Source: Anaeromyxobacteraceae bacterium (GTDB taxonomy: Bacteria; Myxococcota; Myxococcia; Myxococcales; Anaeromyxobacteraceae). From it: DNA of 64,000 nt. Below, in pieces: positions 44,930 to 55,668 of the stretch (positions within the stretch are counted from its first letter, which is position 1; the number at the start of each line of letters is the position of its first letter). Below the pieces are notes generated by a model. It saw only the letters and a list, made by a program, of their open reading frames with translations, was not told the DNA's origin and did no database searches. The position numbers and the translations under genes are program-made. The stretch spans positions 1,216,001 to 1,280,000 of the forward strand of contig JASGHJ010000002.1 in assembly GCA_047602405.1 (NCBI GenBank), in the 5' to 3' direction.

Positions 44930-46468
44930 GTGCCCGGCCTCTCCCTCTGCATGATCGTCCGCGACGAGGCGGAGCTCCTGCCGGAGTTCCTCCGCCGCGC
45001 GCGCGGGCTCTGGGACGAGCTCCGGGTCGTGGACACGGGCTCGAGGGACGCCTCGCCACGGCTCCTCGCGGAGGCGGGCGCGACCGTGCTGCACGCGCCG
45101 TGGTCCGGCGACTTCGCCGAGGCCCGCAACCGGTCGCTCGAGGGCGCGACCGGCGAGTGGATTGCGGTGCTCGACGCCGACGAGATGGTCTCGGAGGCGT
45201 TCGTGAGGGACGCGCGCGGGCTCGTCGGGGACCCCTCGGCCGGCGCGGCCACGCTGCGGATGCTGAACCGCATGCCCCACGGGCACGTCCGGGAGGCGCG
45301 CCTCCTGCGCCTGTTTCGCAACGACCCCTCCATCCGGTTCCGGCACGCCATCCACGAGGACGCCTCCGAGGCGGTGTCGGCGCACCTCGCCGCGACCGGG
45401 CGGCGGCTCGTCCACCTCGAGGGCCCGGTCGACCACCTCGGCTACGTCCGGGCGCGCGCCGCGGCGAAGGACAAGAAGGCCCGCGACGTCGCGCTCCTCG
45501 AGCGGTGCCTCGCCGCGGACCCGCGGGACCTCTACGCCCACCTGAAGCTCCTCGAGCAGGCGCGCTTCTGGGGCGACCAGGAGCTGTGGGGGAGGGCCGC
45601 CGCGCGCGCGCGCGACGCGGTCGACGCCGCGGGTGCGGGGCTCGCGGCGGTCCCGCACGGCGGGGAGCTGCTCGTGCTGGTCGTGGACGGCCTCGGGCTC
45701 GCCCCGGCCGCGGCGCTCGCCTGGCTCGACGCGCGGGAGGCGCGGGCGGCCCCCTCGGCGGCGCTCCGGTTGCGCCGCGGGGAGCTCCTCGAGCGGCTCG
45801 GTCGACTGCCCGAGGCGGCCGCGGCCTTCGAAGGGGCGCGCGCGCTCGATGCGGTCACCGCGAACCTGCAGCTCGCGACGGTGCGGCCTCTGCTCGGGCT
45901 CGCGCGGCTGGCCATCGCGCGCGGGCAGCTCGACGAGGCCCGCGGGCGGGTCGACGAGGCGCTCGGGCTCGCCCCGCGGGACCCGGAGGCGCTGCTCGCG
46001 GCGGTGACGCTCGCGGGCGCGGCCGGCGGCGGCGCGGGGATGCGCGCGCTCGCGGCCGCGCACGCGGCGCGCCACGGGGAGAGCGAGGAGCTCGCGGCCG
46101 CGGTGGGGGAGGGGGCGCTCCGGCTCGGCGACCGCGCGCTCGCGATCGAGGTGCTCTCGCGCGGCGCGCCGACGCGGCTCCTCGCCGTCGCGCGGCTCGC
46201 GGACGGAGACCTCGAAGGCGCCCGGGCCGCGGCCGGGGCCGCGGCAGGGGACGATCCCGCGGCAGCGCTCGCGGCGGTGCTCGCGGACCTCGCCGGCGGG
46301 CGGGACGCGGCGCTCGAGCTCGAGCTGTCGGTGGAGGAGGCCGCCGCCGCGCTGCGCGGGATGGCGGCGCTCCTCAGGGCCGCGGCGCGGCCCGGGGTGC
46401 GGGAGGCGCTGCGGGCCGCGGCGCCTGCGCTCGCGGGGCCGTTCCCGTGGCTGCCGGGCGCGCTGTGA
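44930..46468 (+). CDS. GT2 family glycosyltransferase with TPR-like C-terminus
   Basis: LSLCMIVRDE, VDTGSRD, DFAEARN, LDADE, IHE, HLGY; start 7 nt after TAGACT. Confidence 0.88.
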   Translation: MPGLSLCMIVRDEAELLPEFLRRARGLWDELRVVDTGSRDASPRLLAEAGATVLHAPWSGDFAEARNRSLEGATGEWIAVLDADEMVSEAFVRDARGLVGDPSAGAATLRMLNRMPHGHVREARLLRLFRNDPSIRFRHAIHEDASEAVSAHLAATGRRLVHLEGPVDHLGYVRARAAAKDKKARDVALLERCLAADPRDLYAHLKLLEQARFWGDQELWGRAAARARDAVDAAGAGLAAVPHGGELLVLVVDGLGLAPAAALAWLDAREARAAPSAALRLRRGELLERLGRLPEAAAAFEGARALDAVTANLQLATVRPLLGLARLAIARGQLDEARGRVDEALGLAPRDPEALLAAVTLAGAAGGGAGMRALAAAHAARHGESEELAAAVGEGALRLGDRALAIEVLSRGAPTRLLAVARLADGDLEGARAAAGAAAGDDPAAALAAVLADLAGGRDAALELELSVEEAAAALRGMAALLRAAARPGVREALRAAAPALAGPFPWLPGAL

Positions 46469-47330
46469 CGCCGTCGGCGGCCTCGTCGAACCCCTGCTCG
46501 AGCCCCTCGACCGCGTGCTTCAGCGCGCCGACGGTCGCGTTCACGGCGTCGACGGACCTGCGCTGCTCGTTGGCCGCGTCGTGCGAGCGCTGGACCGCGT
46601 CCTGCAGCTCCTTCACCGCCTTGCCGAGCTCGGCGAGCGTCCGCTGGATCTCGGAGGAGCTGTCCTTCGTCTCCTCGGCGAGGCGGGTCATGTCCTTCGC
46701 GACCACGCCGAACGCCCGGCCGTGATCGCCGGCGCGCGTGGCCTCGATCGAGCCGTTGATGCTGAGGATGCGCGCCTGCTGCGCGATGCGGTGCACGGCG
46801 GCGAGTGTGATCTCGGCCTGCTCGAGCTTCGCGACCGCCACCTGCACGGCGCGGGCGGTGGTGTCGGCGCTCGCCTGGGCCGTGGAGGCGCCGGCCTCGA
46901 GCCGCAGCGAGAGCTCGTCGATGCCCGCGAAGACCTGGCCCGCGGTGCGGTGGAGCGCCTGGGTCTGGTGGAGCTCCTTCAACCACCCGGAGAGCACGCG
47001 CGCCGCGATGTGCGCGACCGGCCGCGTGACCTCGAGCTTCCCGGCGATGCCGAAGGTCGCGACGCGGCGGCCGTTCAGCACGATGGGGCAGTTCAGCCCC
47101 TCCTTGACGAGCGGGTTCGCGGCGGCCTCGTCGGCGGTGACCGCGTACTCGTCGCACGAGCCCTCGAGCACCTTCTTCGCGAACGCGTGCGACGTGCCGA
47201 TCCGCTCGCGGACCGTCGCGCGGACGATGGTCCCCGTCTCGTCGCAGGCGATGACGTGGAAGCCCGTCTCGGCCCGGATGAAGTCCAGGAACCGGTCGGT
47301 CAGCTTCAGGAACTCAGCGTCGAGGGGCAT
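46374..47330 (-). CDS. Soluble chemoreceptor-like protein: sugar-diacid recognition-like domain plus partial MCP signalling domain
   Basis: DETGTIV..RIGT.H, KEGLNCPI; then IAQQARILSINGSIEATRAGDHGRAFGVVA; no TM helix. Confidence 0.75.
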   Translation of the reverse strand: MPLDAEFLKLTDRFLDFIRAETGFHVIACDETGTIVRATVRERIGTSHAFAKKVLEGSCDEYAVTADEAAANPLVKEGLNCPIVLNGRRVATFGIAGKLEVTRPVAHIAARVLSGWLKELHQTQALHRTAGQVFAGIDELSLRLEAGASTAQASADTTARAVQVAVAKLEQAEITLAAVHRIAQQARILSINGSIEATRAGDHGRAFGVVAKDMTRLAEETKDSSSEIQRTLAELGKAVKELQDAVQRSHDAANEQRRSVDAVNATVGALKHAVEGLEQGFDEAADGVTARPAATGTAPRAQAPRPAAPPAPRAAPRP

Positions 47331-47353
47331 AGGTAACCCAGCGAAGCCTCTAG

Positions 47354-47369
47354 AGCATGGGCCGTGCCA
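47354..47369 (-). promoter_or_regulatory. sigma54 promoter of the chemoreceptor-like gene
   Basis: TGGCACGGCCCATGCT (GG-N10-GC) 23 nt upstream of the ATG. Confidence 0.7.
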
Positions 47370-47511
47370 CGGCGCACGGGCGTGAGGTCGCGGCTACGGC
47401 CGGGGTCCGCCACCACCCCGGGTCTCAGGGGAGGGGCCCGGGTGTGCCCCGGCGGGCTGCGGGGGAGAATTCTACTCGACGTGCGGGTGCACACCGCTAC
47501 AGTGCCCGAAG

Positions 47512-48394
47512 ATGACCTCCCTCCTGCTTCCCCTGCTGGCCGCGGTCGCGGCGGCGGGCCCGGCTGCGCCGCAGGAGGGCGCTGACCCACGACCGCCCGG
47601 TGAAGCGTCGACGGCTGCCCTCCGCGTGCGCGTGTTCCTCCGCGACGGGCGGACCTTCGACGCCGAGCTCGTCCGGCGCGGTGGGGGCGTGCTCGAGATT
47701 CCGCCGCGCCGGGCAGCTCGAGACCTACCCGGACGCGGACGTGCGGGAGGTCCTGGAGCTCGACAGCCTCCGCGAGGACAAGGGGGGCCCCGCGACGCCG
47801 GCCCACCTCGGGCATCTGCACCTGCCCTCGGCGTTCGGCCCCGCGCGCGGGGCGCTCGCGGTCCGGGTCACGCCGGCGACGGCCGGGGTCACCTACGGCG
47901 CCCTCGCCTGGCTCACGGTGTCGGCCGGCGTGCAGGGTGATCTCACCGGGTCGGGCACGTTCCCGTCGCCGGCCCTCGTGGCGGGGCTGGATCTCCACGC
48001 GGCGCCGCTCTCCTGGCTCCACGCGTCCGCGGGGCTGCGCGGCTTCGGGTACCGCCGCGGCCTCACCGTCTACGGGGCGGGGGCGGTGACGCTGGGCTCC
48101 CCGGACGTCAACTTCACGCTCGCGGCGGGACCCCCGCACGCCTGGGCCGGGAGGTTCGGCGCCTTCGACCGCGTCGGGTACGGCGCGGCCATGGACGTGC
48201 GCATCCTGCGGTTCGCCTCGCTGGTCGCGGAGGCGTGGCTCTCCTCCGAGCGGGAGCACGACCTCGCCGCGGGCGGCGCGGTGCGGCTCATGCGCGGTGC
48301 GTTCTTCGCGGACCTCGGGGTCATCGCCTCGACGCGCTCCGCCCTGCCGTGGGTCGGGCTCGCGTGGACGCCCGCCCGGAGGGCGCAGCCATGA
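47512..48394 (+). CDS. Exported/outer membrane beta-rich protein, +1 frameshift at GATTC 47697-47701
   Basis: Signal peptide MTSLLLPLLAAVAAAG. Removing one T joins VLEIRRAGQLETYPD. Amphipathic beta strands ending PWVGLAW. Span is 3n+1. Confidence 0.65.
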
Positions 48395-50622
48395 AGGCCT
48401 GGGGCCTCCTCGTCGTGGCGCTCGGCGCCGGCGGGTGCGTCCTGCTCGACCGGCACACGCTCGAGGTCGAGCCGACGGACGCGATCCTGGTCGCCGGACC
48501 GCCCACGTTCCAGCTGGACGTCCGGAGCCCGGCGAGGGAGGTGGAGGTCGCCGTCGACGGCGTCCTCGCCGGCAGGTACGCGCCCGGGCGACACGACCTC
48601 GCGCTCCCGGCCAGCGTGGCCGTCGCCGGCGTGCACGAGCTCGTCGTCCGGGAGCTGGGCCTCCCCTCCCCGTCGACCGTGCGCCGGGCGCTCGGGTTCT
48701 ACCCCTCGGGCGTCGGGATCCAGTCCCAGTGGCCGGCCGTGAACGAGGTCGCCCCCGACGGCCCGATCGCGCTCGGCGTGACCTTCCCGGTGCAGCTCCT
48801 GTGTCCGCTCGTCACGCAGGAGAACGCGTGGCTCGAGTCCGGGGGCGCGCGGCTCGCGGTGAAGCCGCGCTGCTCGGACGACGCCCGCACCATCCTCTTC
48901 GACCTGGCGGGAGGGCTGTCGGCGCAGGGCGCGGTGGAGGCGGTCGTCTCCGGACGACTGTTCGGCCAGCCGGGCGAGCTCAGGGCGGGGTGGGTCGGGG
49001 GCACGGTCCAGCTCTCGGTGGCCATCGCGTCGCCGCTGCCGAACGACCCGCCGACCTCGACGTACGTCATCGCCGTGTCGGCGCAGCTGGGGGCGGCGTC
49101 GCCGGCGCAGCTCGAGCTCTCGGCGGGATCGATCGACCTGGCGACGCTCGGCGGCCTGCCCCAGCAGAAGTCCTGGCAGGTCACCTGGGAGACCGCGCAG
49201 GTCCCCGACGGCGACTATCCACTCACCGTGACGGCGCCCGCCCCGTTCAAGGTCGTCTACGGCTCCCCCGGCGCGCCGACCCTCACGGTGGACAACCTCC
49301 CGCCCGGGCTCGCGCAGTGCCCGGTGCTCGCGTCCTACCGCGCGTGCATCCGGCCCGTGCTCGACGGCCCCGGGTTCCTGGGCGACGCGCGGCTCGTGCT
49401 GGCCGGCCTCACCGTGCCCTTCTTCGTCGATCACGACGGGAACTACTGCCCGAAGGCCGACGACGGGCCGAGCTTCGAGCCGTTGACCCCGCCCGCGTAC
49501 GGGCCCACCGACCTGGACGGCACCGCGCGGCTGGAGTTCGACGTCTACACGAAGCAGTTCAGGAAGGGCCTCGTCACCTGCGACCAGGCGCTGCCGCGGT
49601 GGACGCCGCTGTGGGGCGACCCGGTCCCCGGGCTCACCGCGTCCGGCCGGATCATGCACGTGCAGGACACCGACTGCGTGAGCGGCGTCTGCCCCCCGGC
49701 GCCCCGCGACGCCGTCCTGGCGCTCGGCGCCGGCGCCGACGCAGGGAAGGTCAGGCTCTGGACGCGCTCCGGCGCGGCGTGGAGCGCCTCCGGACCGCTC
49801 AACCACGAGGCCGGGGCGGTCGCGAGCGGGCTCGCGGGCCGGTACTGGATCGAGCGCGTCGGCGGGGGAGCGGGGGTCGTGCGCTCCGACGGTCCCGACC
49901 CGCTGAACCTCGTGGCGGGTGCCGACGCGACGTCGCTCGCCGGGGCGATGCACGAGCCCTGGGTCCTCACCCAGGACGTCGCGGCCTGGTCGGAGCAGGC
50001 GTCGCCATCGGGCCGGGTGGTGGTCGTCGCGGGGGCCCCGCTCCCGCGCCGCGACCCCGCCGCGGTCGCCGACGAGCCCGCCGTGATGTACGCGTGGGCG
50101 CTCCTCGACGGGGTCTCCGCGGAGAAGCTCGTGGCCTTCACGGAGCGGGTACCCGGAGGCGCCGCCCGCGTTCGCGCCGCGCGCGTCTCGAGCGGCGGGG
50201 TGACCTTCCTCGACGCGATCGACAGCCTCGACGTGGCCTCCGACGCCCGCACCCCGACCGTGTTCGGCGCGTTCGGGCTGGCCGCCATTGCCTGGCTGGA
50301 GCACGACCGCGTGCTGGCCCAGGTCGTGACGACCGCCCCTCCGGGCGCGGTGATCCCGCTCGGCGACGCCGCGCGGAAGGCGCGCGAGCCGCGGTTCGAC
50401 CCGAACGGCCGCACGCCGGTGCTCTACTGGATCGAGGAGACCCCGGCGGGCGACGCGATCCGCGTGGCGCGTTACCGGTCGGAGGGCTGGACGTACGACC
50501 CGAGCCCGGTGAACGCGCCGGTCGCGGGCGCGGTGCCGTCCTTCGCCGTCGACGCGAACCGGGTGAGCTGGGTGGACGGCGCGGGCGCGGTCCACGTCCG
50601 GTTCGCGAACTTCCCGAGGTGA
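48391..50622 (+). CDS. Large hypothetical lipoprotein (743 aa) with Ig-like segments
   Basis: ATGA overlap with the previous gene; MKAWGLLVVALGAGGC lipobox; Big-like WETAQVPDGDYPLTVTA..LTVDN. Confidence 0.7.
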   Translation: MKAWGLLVVALGAGGCVLLDRHTLEVEPTDAILVAGPPTFQLDVRSPAREVEVAVDGVLAGRYAPGRHDLALPASVAVAGVHELVVRELGLPSPSTVRRALGFYPSGVGIQSQWPAVNEVAPDGPIALGVTFPVQLLCPLVTQENAWLESGGARLAVKPRCSDDARTILFDLAGGLSAQGAVEAVVSGRLFGQPGELRAGWVGGTVQLSVAIASPLPNDPPTSTYVIAVSAQLGAASPAQLELSAGSIDLATLGGLPQQKSWQVTWETAQVPDGDYPLTVTAPAPFKVVYGSPGAPTLTVDNLPPGLAQCPVLASYRACIRPVLDGPGFLGDARLVLAGLTVPFFVDHDGNYCPKADDGPSFEPLTPPAYGPTDLDGTARLEFDVYTKQFRKGLVTCDQALPRWTPLWGDPVPGLTASGRIMHVQDTDCVSGVCPPAPRDAVLALGAGADAGKVRLWTRSGAAWSASGPLNHEAGAVASGLAGRYWIERVGGGAGVVRSDGPDPLNLVAGADATSLAGAMHEPWVLTQDVAAWSEQASPSGRVVVVAGAPLPRRDPAAVADEPAVMYAWALLDGVSAEKLVAFTERVPGGAARVRAARVSSGGVTFLDAIDSLDVASDARTPTVFGAFGLAAIAWLEHDRVLAQVVTTAPPGAVIPLGDAARKAREPRFDPNGRTPVLYWIEETPAGDAIRVARYRSEGWTYDPSPVNAPVAGAVPSFAVDANRVSWVDGAGAVHVRFANFPR

Positions 50623-50626
50623 GGGC

Positions 50627-51401
50627 TCAGCCCTCCTTCTCCACCTTCCAGATTCTGCTCTGCCGGCCAGCGCCGGGCCCACTCCGGCGGGGCGTAGGTG
50701 GTGTAGGTCGTCGACGCCTTCTCCGCCGGCCGGAGCTCGACGAGATCCACGACCCTGAGGCCGTTCGCGAGGAACAGACGGATCCAGTCGCCGTAGCCGA
50801 GCATGAACTCGACCATGCCGCGATCGAAGCCCGCGGGCGGGGTCGTGTCCTCGAAGCGGTGCATGCCGAAGTAGTCGAGGACGAGGCGCTTGCCGACCGC
50901 CTGCTTCTCGGGGTCCCAGCAGGCGTGGAGCCACGGCGTCGCGGCGTTGAACGCGAGCCGGCCGCCCTTGCGCAGGAGCCGCGCGACCTCCGGGACCCAG
51001 CGGTGCGGATCGACGAAGCCGGGCGCGCCGTGGTCGGCGAAGACGAGGTCGAAGGCGGAGGAGGGGAGGCCGGTCTCGTCGGCGGAGGCGTGGACGAGCC
51101 GCACCTCGACGCCCGCCTCGCGCACCTGGTCCCGGGCGAAGGCGAGCTGCGCCTCGGACACGTCGAGGCCGGTCATGCGCGCGCCCCTCCGCGCGAGCGC
51201 GATCGCCCACTGCGCGCCGCCGCAGCCGAGCTCGAGCACGTCCTTGCCGGCGACGTCGCCGAGGACGCGGAGCTCGCGCTCCGGCAGGCCCCAGACGCCC
51301 CACCTCGGCTCGGTCTTCGAGAGCGTCGCCGCGTTGCGCCGCTGGTAGTCGGCGGAGTCGGCGTTCCAAACGGCCTGGTTGCGGCGGACGTCGTCGTGCA
51401 T
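50627..51401 (-). CDS. Class I SAM-dependent methyltransferase, +1 frameshift at GATTC 50651-50655
   Basis: DVLELGCGGAQW, GLDVSEAQL, EVARLLRKGG. Removing one base gives the end WPAEQIWKVEKEG stop and removes a 151-nt overlap with the convergent gene. Confidence 0.88.
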
Positions 51402-51508
51402 GTTCCCTCCGGCGCGGGCAGACTAATCGACCCGCCGGCGGTGCCTAGGCCCCCGAGGTGGCGACCGGGGTGATCCCGGGCCCGATTCCGGGTTAAGTCC
51501 TCCTTCCG

Positions 51509-53686
51509 ATGGAACCCGCCCTCCGGCGCAAGCTCGACGACCTCCCGGCGGAGCCCGGCTGCTACCTCATGAAGGACCGGGCGGGGGCCGTCGTGTACGT
51601 CGGCAAGGCGGCGAGCCTGCGCTCCCGCGTCCGGCAGTACTTCGACGCGTCGCGGACCGACGACCGCATCTTCATCCCGCTCCTCGAGGACCTGCTCGGC
51701 GACATCCAGGTCATCGTCACCCGCTCCGAGAAGGAGGCGGTGCTCCTCGAGAACGAGCTCATCAAGAAGCACAAGCCGCGCTTCAACGTCCGGCTGCGCG
51801 ACGACAAGGACTTCATCGTGCTGCGCCTCGACGAGGCGCACCCCTTCCCGCGCCTGGAGGTCCGCCGCGCGCGCGAGGCGCGCCGGCCGGGGGCGCGCTA
51901 CTTCGGCCCGTACGCCTCGGCCTCGTCCATCCGCGAGACCCTGCGGATCGTGAACCGGCACTTCGGCCTGAGGACCTGCACCGACCACGTCTTCGACCAC
52001 CGCAAGCGCCCGTGCATCCTCTTCCAGATCAAGCGGTGCCCGGCGCCGTGCGTGTACGAGCTCCCGCCCCAGGAGTACCGGTCGTCCGTCGAGGACGCGG
52101 TCGCGTTCCTGGAGGGGCGGGAGACCGAGCTCGTCGAGCGCCTGCGCGCGCGCATGCAGGACGCCGCCGCGGGGCTCCGCTACGAGGAGGCCGCGCGGCT
52201 GCGCGACCAGGTCGTGGCCGTCGAGCGCAGCCTCGAGAAGCAGCGCGTGCTGATGGCGGACCGCACCGACCGCGACGTCATCGGGCTCTACCGCGAGGGG
52301 CCGGACCTCGTGCTGCAGCTCCTGCGCATGCGCGGCGGGAAGCTGCAGGAGTCGGGCAGCCACCCGGTGAAGGGGAACGAGTTCCCCGACGCCGACATCC
52401 TCTCGTCCTTTCTCTCCTTCCTGTACGAGGTCGAGCCCGCGCCCGACGAGATCCTCGTGCCCGTCGAGCCCACCGCCGCCGAGGGCCTCGCCGACGTGCT
52501 CAGCGAGCGCAAGGGCCGCCGCGTGAAGCTCCTCACCCCGCAGCGCGGGGCGAAGGCGGACCTGCTCGAGGTCGCCGCCCGCAACGCCGAGCAGGGCTTC
52601 AAGGACTGGCACGAGAAGGACGAGCGGCGCGAGGAGGCCCTCGTCGCGCTCACCCGCGCGCTGCACCTCTCCCGGGCGCCGCGCTGGATGGAGTGCTACG
52701 ACATCTCGACCTTCCAGGGCGCGCTCGCGGTCGGCTCCGGCGTGTCGTTCAAGGACGGCGAGCCCGACAAGGCGAACTACCGCCGGTACAAGGTGAAGGG
52801 CGTCGCCGGGCAGGACGACTTCGCGATGCTCCACGAGGTCATCACGCGCCGGCTGAGGCGCGCGATGAACGAGGGCGCGTTCCCGGACCTCATCGTCATC
52901 GACGGCGGCAAGGGCCAGCTCAACGCCGCGCTCGCCGCGGCGGCCGACCTCGGCCTGCCGACGAAGCCCGCGGTCGGGAACGTCGGCGTGCCGTACGTCG
53001 AGCTCGTCGGCCTCGCGAAGAGCCGGCTCGTCGACGCCGCGACGCTCGGCACGACGCGGGTCATCCGGGGGCGAGGCCGGAAGGCGGCGGCGGCCGTCAC
53101 GGCGGCCTCCATGCTCGCGGACGCCGTCGAGACGCAGGAGAAGGGCTTCGTGCCCGAGTCGGCGCGGACGCCGGAGCGGGTGTTCCTGCCGGGGCGGAAG
53201 GATCCGGTGATCCTCCGGCAGAACTCGGCGGAGCTGTTCGTGCTGGCGCGCCTGCGGGACGAGGCGCACCGCTTCGCGATCACGTTCCACCGCAAGCTCA
53301 GGCGCGAGCGGAACTTCCAGTCGGTGCTGGACCAGATCCCGGGCATCGGCGAGGGCCGGAAGAAGGCCCTGCTCCGGGAGCTCGGGTCGCTGAAGCGGAT
53401 CCGCGAGGCGACGGCGGAGGAGCTGGCGCGGGTGGAGGGGTTCGGCGCCCGGCAGGCCGGCCTGGTGTACGAGTTCTTCCATCCATCCCCTGCGGCGGCT
53501 TCAGCCGCCGCCCCCACGGATTCCCTGGACCCGTCCCCGACGCTCGAGTCCCTCGACGACCCGGCGCTCATCGACACCACCGAGGCCGCCATCGACGCCG
53601 CCCTCGCCGAGGAGGGCCAGGAGGGGGCGGCCCCCGCGGAGGGCGACGTCGCCCCGCCGCCCCAGGCCATCGAGACCGAGTCCTGA
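51509..53686 (+). CDS. uvrC: Excinuclease ABC subunit C
   Basis: GIY-YIG (PGCYLMK..YVGKA.SLRSRV), [27 protein letters not shown], HhH IPGIG. Confidence 0.97.
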   Translation: MEPALRRKLDDLPAEPGCYLMKDRAGAVVYVGKAASLRSRVRQYFDASRTDDRIFIPLLEDLLGDIQVIVTRSEKEAVLLENELIKKHKPRFNVRLRDDKDFIVLRLDEAHPFPRLEVRRAREARRPGARYFGPYASASSIRETLRIVNRHFGLRTCTDHVFDHRKRPCILFQIKRCPAPCVYELPPQEYRSSVEDAVAFLEGRETELVERLRARMQDAAAGLRYEEAARLRDQVVAVERSLEKQRVLMADRTDRDVIGLYREGPDLVLQLLRMRGGKLQESGSHPVKGNEFPDADILSSFLSFLYEVEPAPDEILVPVEPTAAEGLADVLSERKGRRVKLLTPQRGAKADLLEVAARNAEQGFKDWHEKDERREEALVALTRALHLSRAPRWMECYDISTFQGALAVGSGVSFKDGEPDKANYRRYKVKGVAGQDDFAMLHEVITRRLRRAMNEGAFPDLIVIDGGKGQLNAALAAAADLGLPTKPAVGNVGVPYVELVGLAKSRLVDAATLGTTRVIRGRGRKAAAAVTAASMLADAVETQEKGFVPESARTPERVFLPGRKDPVILRQNSAELFVLARLRDEAHRFAITFHRKLRRERNFQSVLDQIPGIGEGRKKALLRELGSLKRIREATAEELARVEGFGARQAGLVYEFFHPSPAAASAAAPTDSLDPSPTLESLDDPALIDTTEAAIDAALAEEGQEGAAPAEGDVAPPPQAIETES

Positions 53687-53786
53687 TCTCGTCCCGCCCG
53701 AGCGCCCCCCGGAGCAGGAACCCCACCTTTCGCCCTCACCTTCCGTGCGGGCAGGTACAGTCGCCGGAGGAGGCCTCCCCCGGCCG

Positions 53787-54185
53787 ATGCCCGCCTCGAA
53801 GCGCTGCGGCAACTGCGAGCAGTTCCTCCGCTCGGCCACCCCAGGCCTCGCGACCTGGGGAAAGTGTCCGCATCGCGAGGGCTGGGTGCGCGCGCACGAG
53901 GCGCCCTGCGAGCAGCACCAGGGCGAGCCGTCCAGCTCGCTCGTGCCGGTGTTCGTCGCGCTGAACGTCGTCTTCGCGTTCGGCAGCCTCGCGCTCTTCG
54001 TCTGGATGGACCTGCGGCGCGGCACCCTGCTCACCCACGCCGCCCTCGCCTCGTCCGTCGCCGTCGTCGTGCTCTTCGCCTGGACCGCCGCCCGCAGCAG
54101 CGGGCTCGGCGAGGACGCGAAGTACGTGCTCCTCGAGCAGGACGAGTCGACGCCGGACGACGACCGCTGGCCGCCGGAGCCGTAG
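53787..54185 (+). CDS. Small membrane protein with N-terminal Cys/His cluster
   Basis: CGNC..WGKC..PCEQH, then two TM helices. Confidence 0.7.
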   Translation: MPASKRCGNCEQFLRSATPGLATWGKCPHREGWVRAHEAPCEQHQGEPSSSLVPVFVALNVVFAFGSLALFVWMDLRRGTLLTHAALASSVAVVVLFAWTAARSSGLGEDAKYVLLEQDESTPDDDRWPPEP

Positions 54186-54235
54186 GTCGCGCCGAGGCCG
54201 CGTCGCCCCGTCAGGGCGTCCGGTAAGATCCGTTC

Positions 54236-54586
54236 ATGAGCACGCCGAACATCGCCGCCCCCGCGGGCGTCGGCAGCATCGCCGTCATCTTCACCTCCAT
54301 CCGCTCGCCGGTCACCGAAGACGGCGGTCCTCCCGGCTACGCCCAGACCGCAGAGGAGATGGTGCGGATGGCGGCGCAGCAACCTGGCTACCTCGGCATG
54401 GAGAGCGTCCGCGGCCCCGACGGCTTCGGCATCACGGTCTCGTACTGGCGAGACGAAGCGTCGATCCGCGCGTGGAAGGCCGTCGCCGACCACCAGGCCG
54501 CGCAGCGGGCCGGCCGCGAGCGCTGGTACCGCGCCTACCGCACGCGCGTCTGCCGCATCGAGCGGGAGTACGGGTTCGAGAGGTAG
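54236..54586 (+). CDS. Antibiotic biosynthesis monooxygenase family protein
   Basis: AVIFTS, QPGYLGMES, GITVSYW, AQRAGRERWY. Confidence 0.88.
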   Translation: MSTPNIAAPAGVGSIAVIFTSIRSPVTEDGGPPGYAQTAEEMVRMAAQQPGYLGMESVRGPDGFGITVSYWRDEASIRAWKAVADHQAAQRAGRERWYRAYRTRVCRIEREYGFER

Positions 54587-55646
54587 GGGAGGGCGGCGCG
54601 CCGTACACCGCCTCGGGCTCGTGCGCGACGGGGTGCTTCCGGAACTGCTGCATCCAGTCCTTGCCGAAGCAGTGCTGCGCCCAGAGCATGTTGTGGTGCC
54701 GGCAGAGCAGCCGGAGGTTGTCGAGCGTCGTCAGCCCGCCGAGCGCGACCGGCTTGATGTGGTCGACCTCGAGCTGCCGGGTGGACGCGCAGATCCCGTC
54801 CTTGTCGGTCGGCCACTGGCAGCAGCCCCTGTCGCGCTTCCAGACCGCGTCGCGGAGCGGCTTCGGGACGTAGCGGGGGTTGCTGGAGATGGTGGGCCGG
54901 CCTCTCTTGCGCGGCTTGTCCGTCCCGCCGCGCGCCTTCGCCTGGTGCTTCAGGAGCAGGTCGAGGGCCGCCTCGAGAACGAACGCGCCGGTCGCCGTCG
55001 GGTACGCGTTCGACATGCCGTCGCGGGCGCGGTCGAGCTTTTCGATGAACTCCTTCGTGACCGTGAAGTGAATTCGGCGGAGGTCGGCCGTGATGGGCCG
55101 CGTGAATGACGACGCCTCAATGCCAGCAAGTACGGGGGGTTGGCCGGGAAAATTCGAGCTACCTACCGGTAGAAAACTCAGCTCATCGGCCGCGGCGGTC
55201 ACCACCTTCTCGCCCCGCGCCGCAGGAGTGACGAGGCTGATGAGCTCCCGCCGCGGCGGAGCCTCTAGCGGTTTGACCTCAGCCGCAACCACGGCCGCTT
55301 CCTGCCGAGACTTCCCGAAGAAGCGCGGCAAGACCTCGCGGCAGTTGTCGGCCGTGATCACCTTCGCGAGTTCGCTCACCGACATGAGGCAGAGCCGGCC
55401 GTCGCGCAGCGGCTCAACAATCGCGGGGTGCATGCGGATGAGCCGTGCGGCCGTCTTCCGGTAGTACGCAGCGCCATTCGAGAGTCCGAGTTCACGCTTC
55501 AGGGACTCGAACAGGCTCCGATACCCCATCTCCTCCCACTGCCTCCGCTCGTCGAAGTCCGCGAGCTCGACGAGGAAGTCGGCCATCGAGTGCTGCTCCT
55601 TCGAGAGGAGCACCTTCAGACGTTCCGTGCGGGCGCGTGCGTTCAT
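54432..55646 (-). CDS. HNH endonuclease with DUF222-like N-terminal region
   Basis: GYRSLF..RELGLS.GAAYYR, LRDGRL; C-terminal VWKRDRGCCQW..C..LEVDHIKPVALGGLTTLDNLRLLCRHHN; more A/T-ending codons than neighbours. Confidence 0.85.
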   Translation of the reverse strand: MNARARTERLKVLLSKEQHSMADFLVELADFDERRQWEEMGYRSLFESLKRELGLSNGAAYYRKTAARLIRMHPAIVEPLRDGRLCLMSVSELAKVITADNCREVLPRFFGKSRQEAAVVAAEVKPLEAPPRRELISLVTPAARGEKVVTAAADELSFLPVGSSNFPGQPPVLAGIEASSFTRPITADLRRIHFTVTKEFIEKLDRARDGMSNAYPTATGAFVLEAALDLLLKHQAKARGGTDKPRKRGRPTISSNPRYVPKPLRDAVWKRDRGCCQWPTDKDGICASTRQLEVDHIKPVALGGLTTLDNLRLLCRHHNMLWAQHCFGKDWMQQFRKHPVAHEPEAVYGAPPSPTSRTRTPARCGRRACGRRGTSARGRPAARPGGRRRPSTRGSTLRLASTRP

Positions 55647-55668
55647 GGACCCAGCGTACCAGTCGGCA

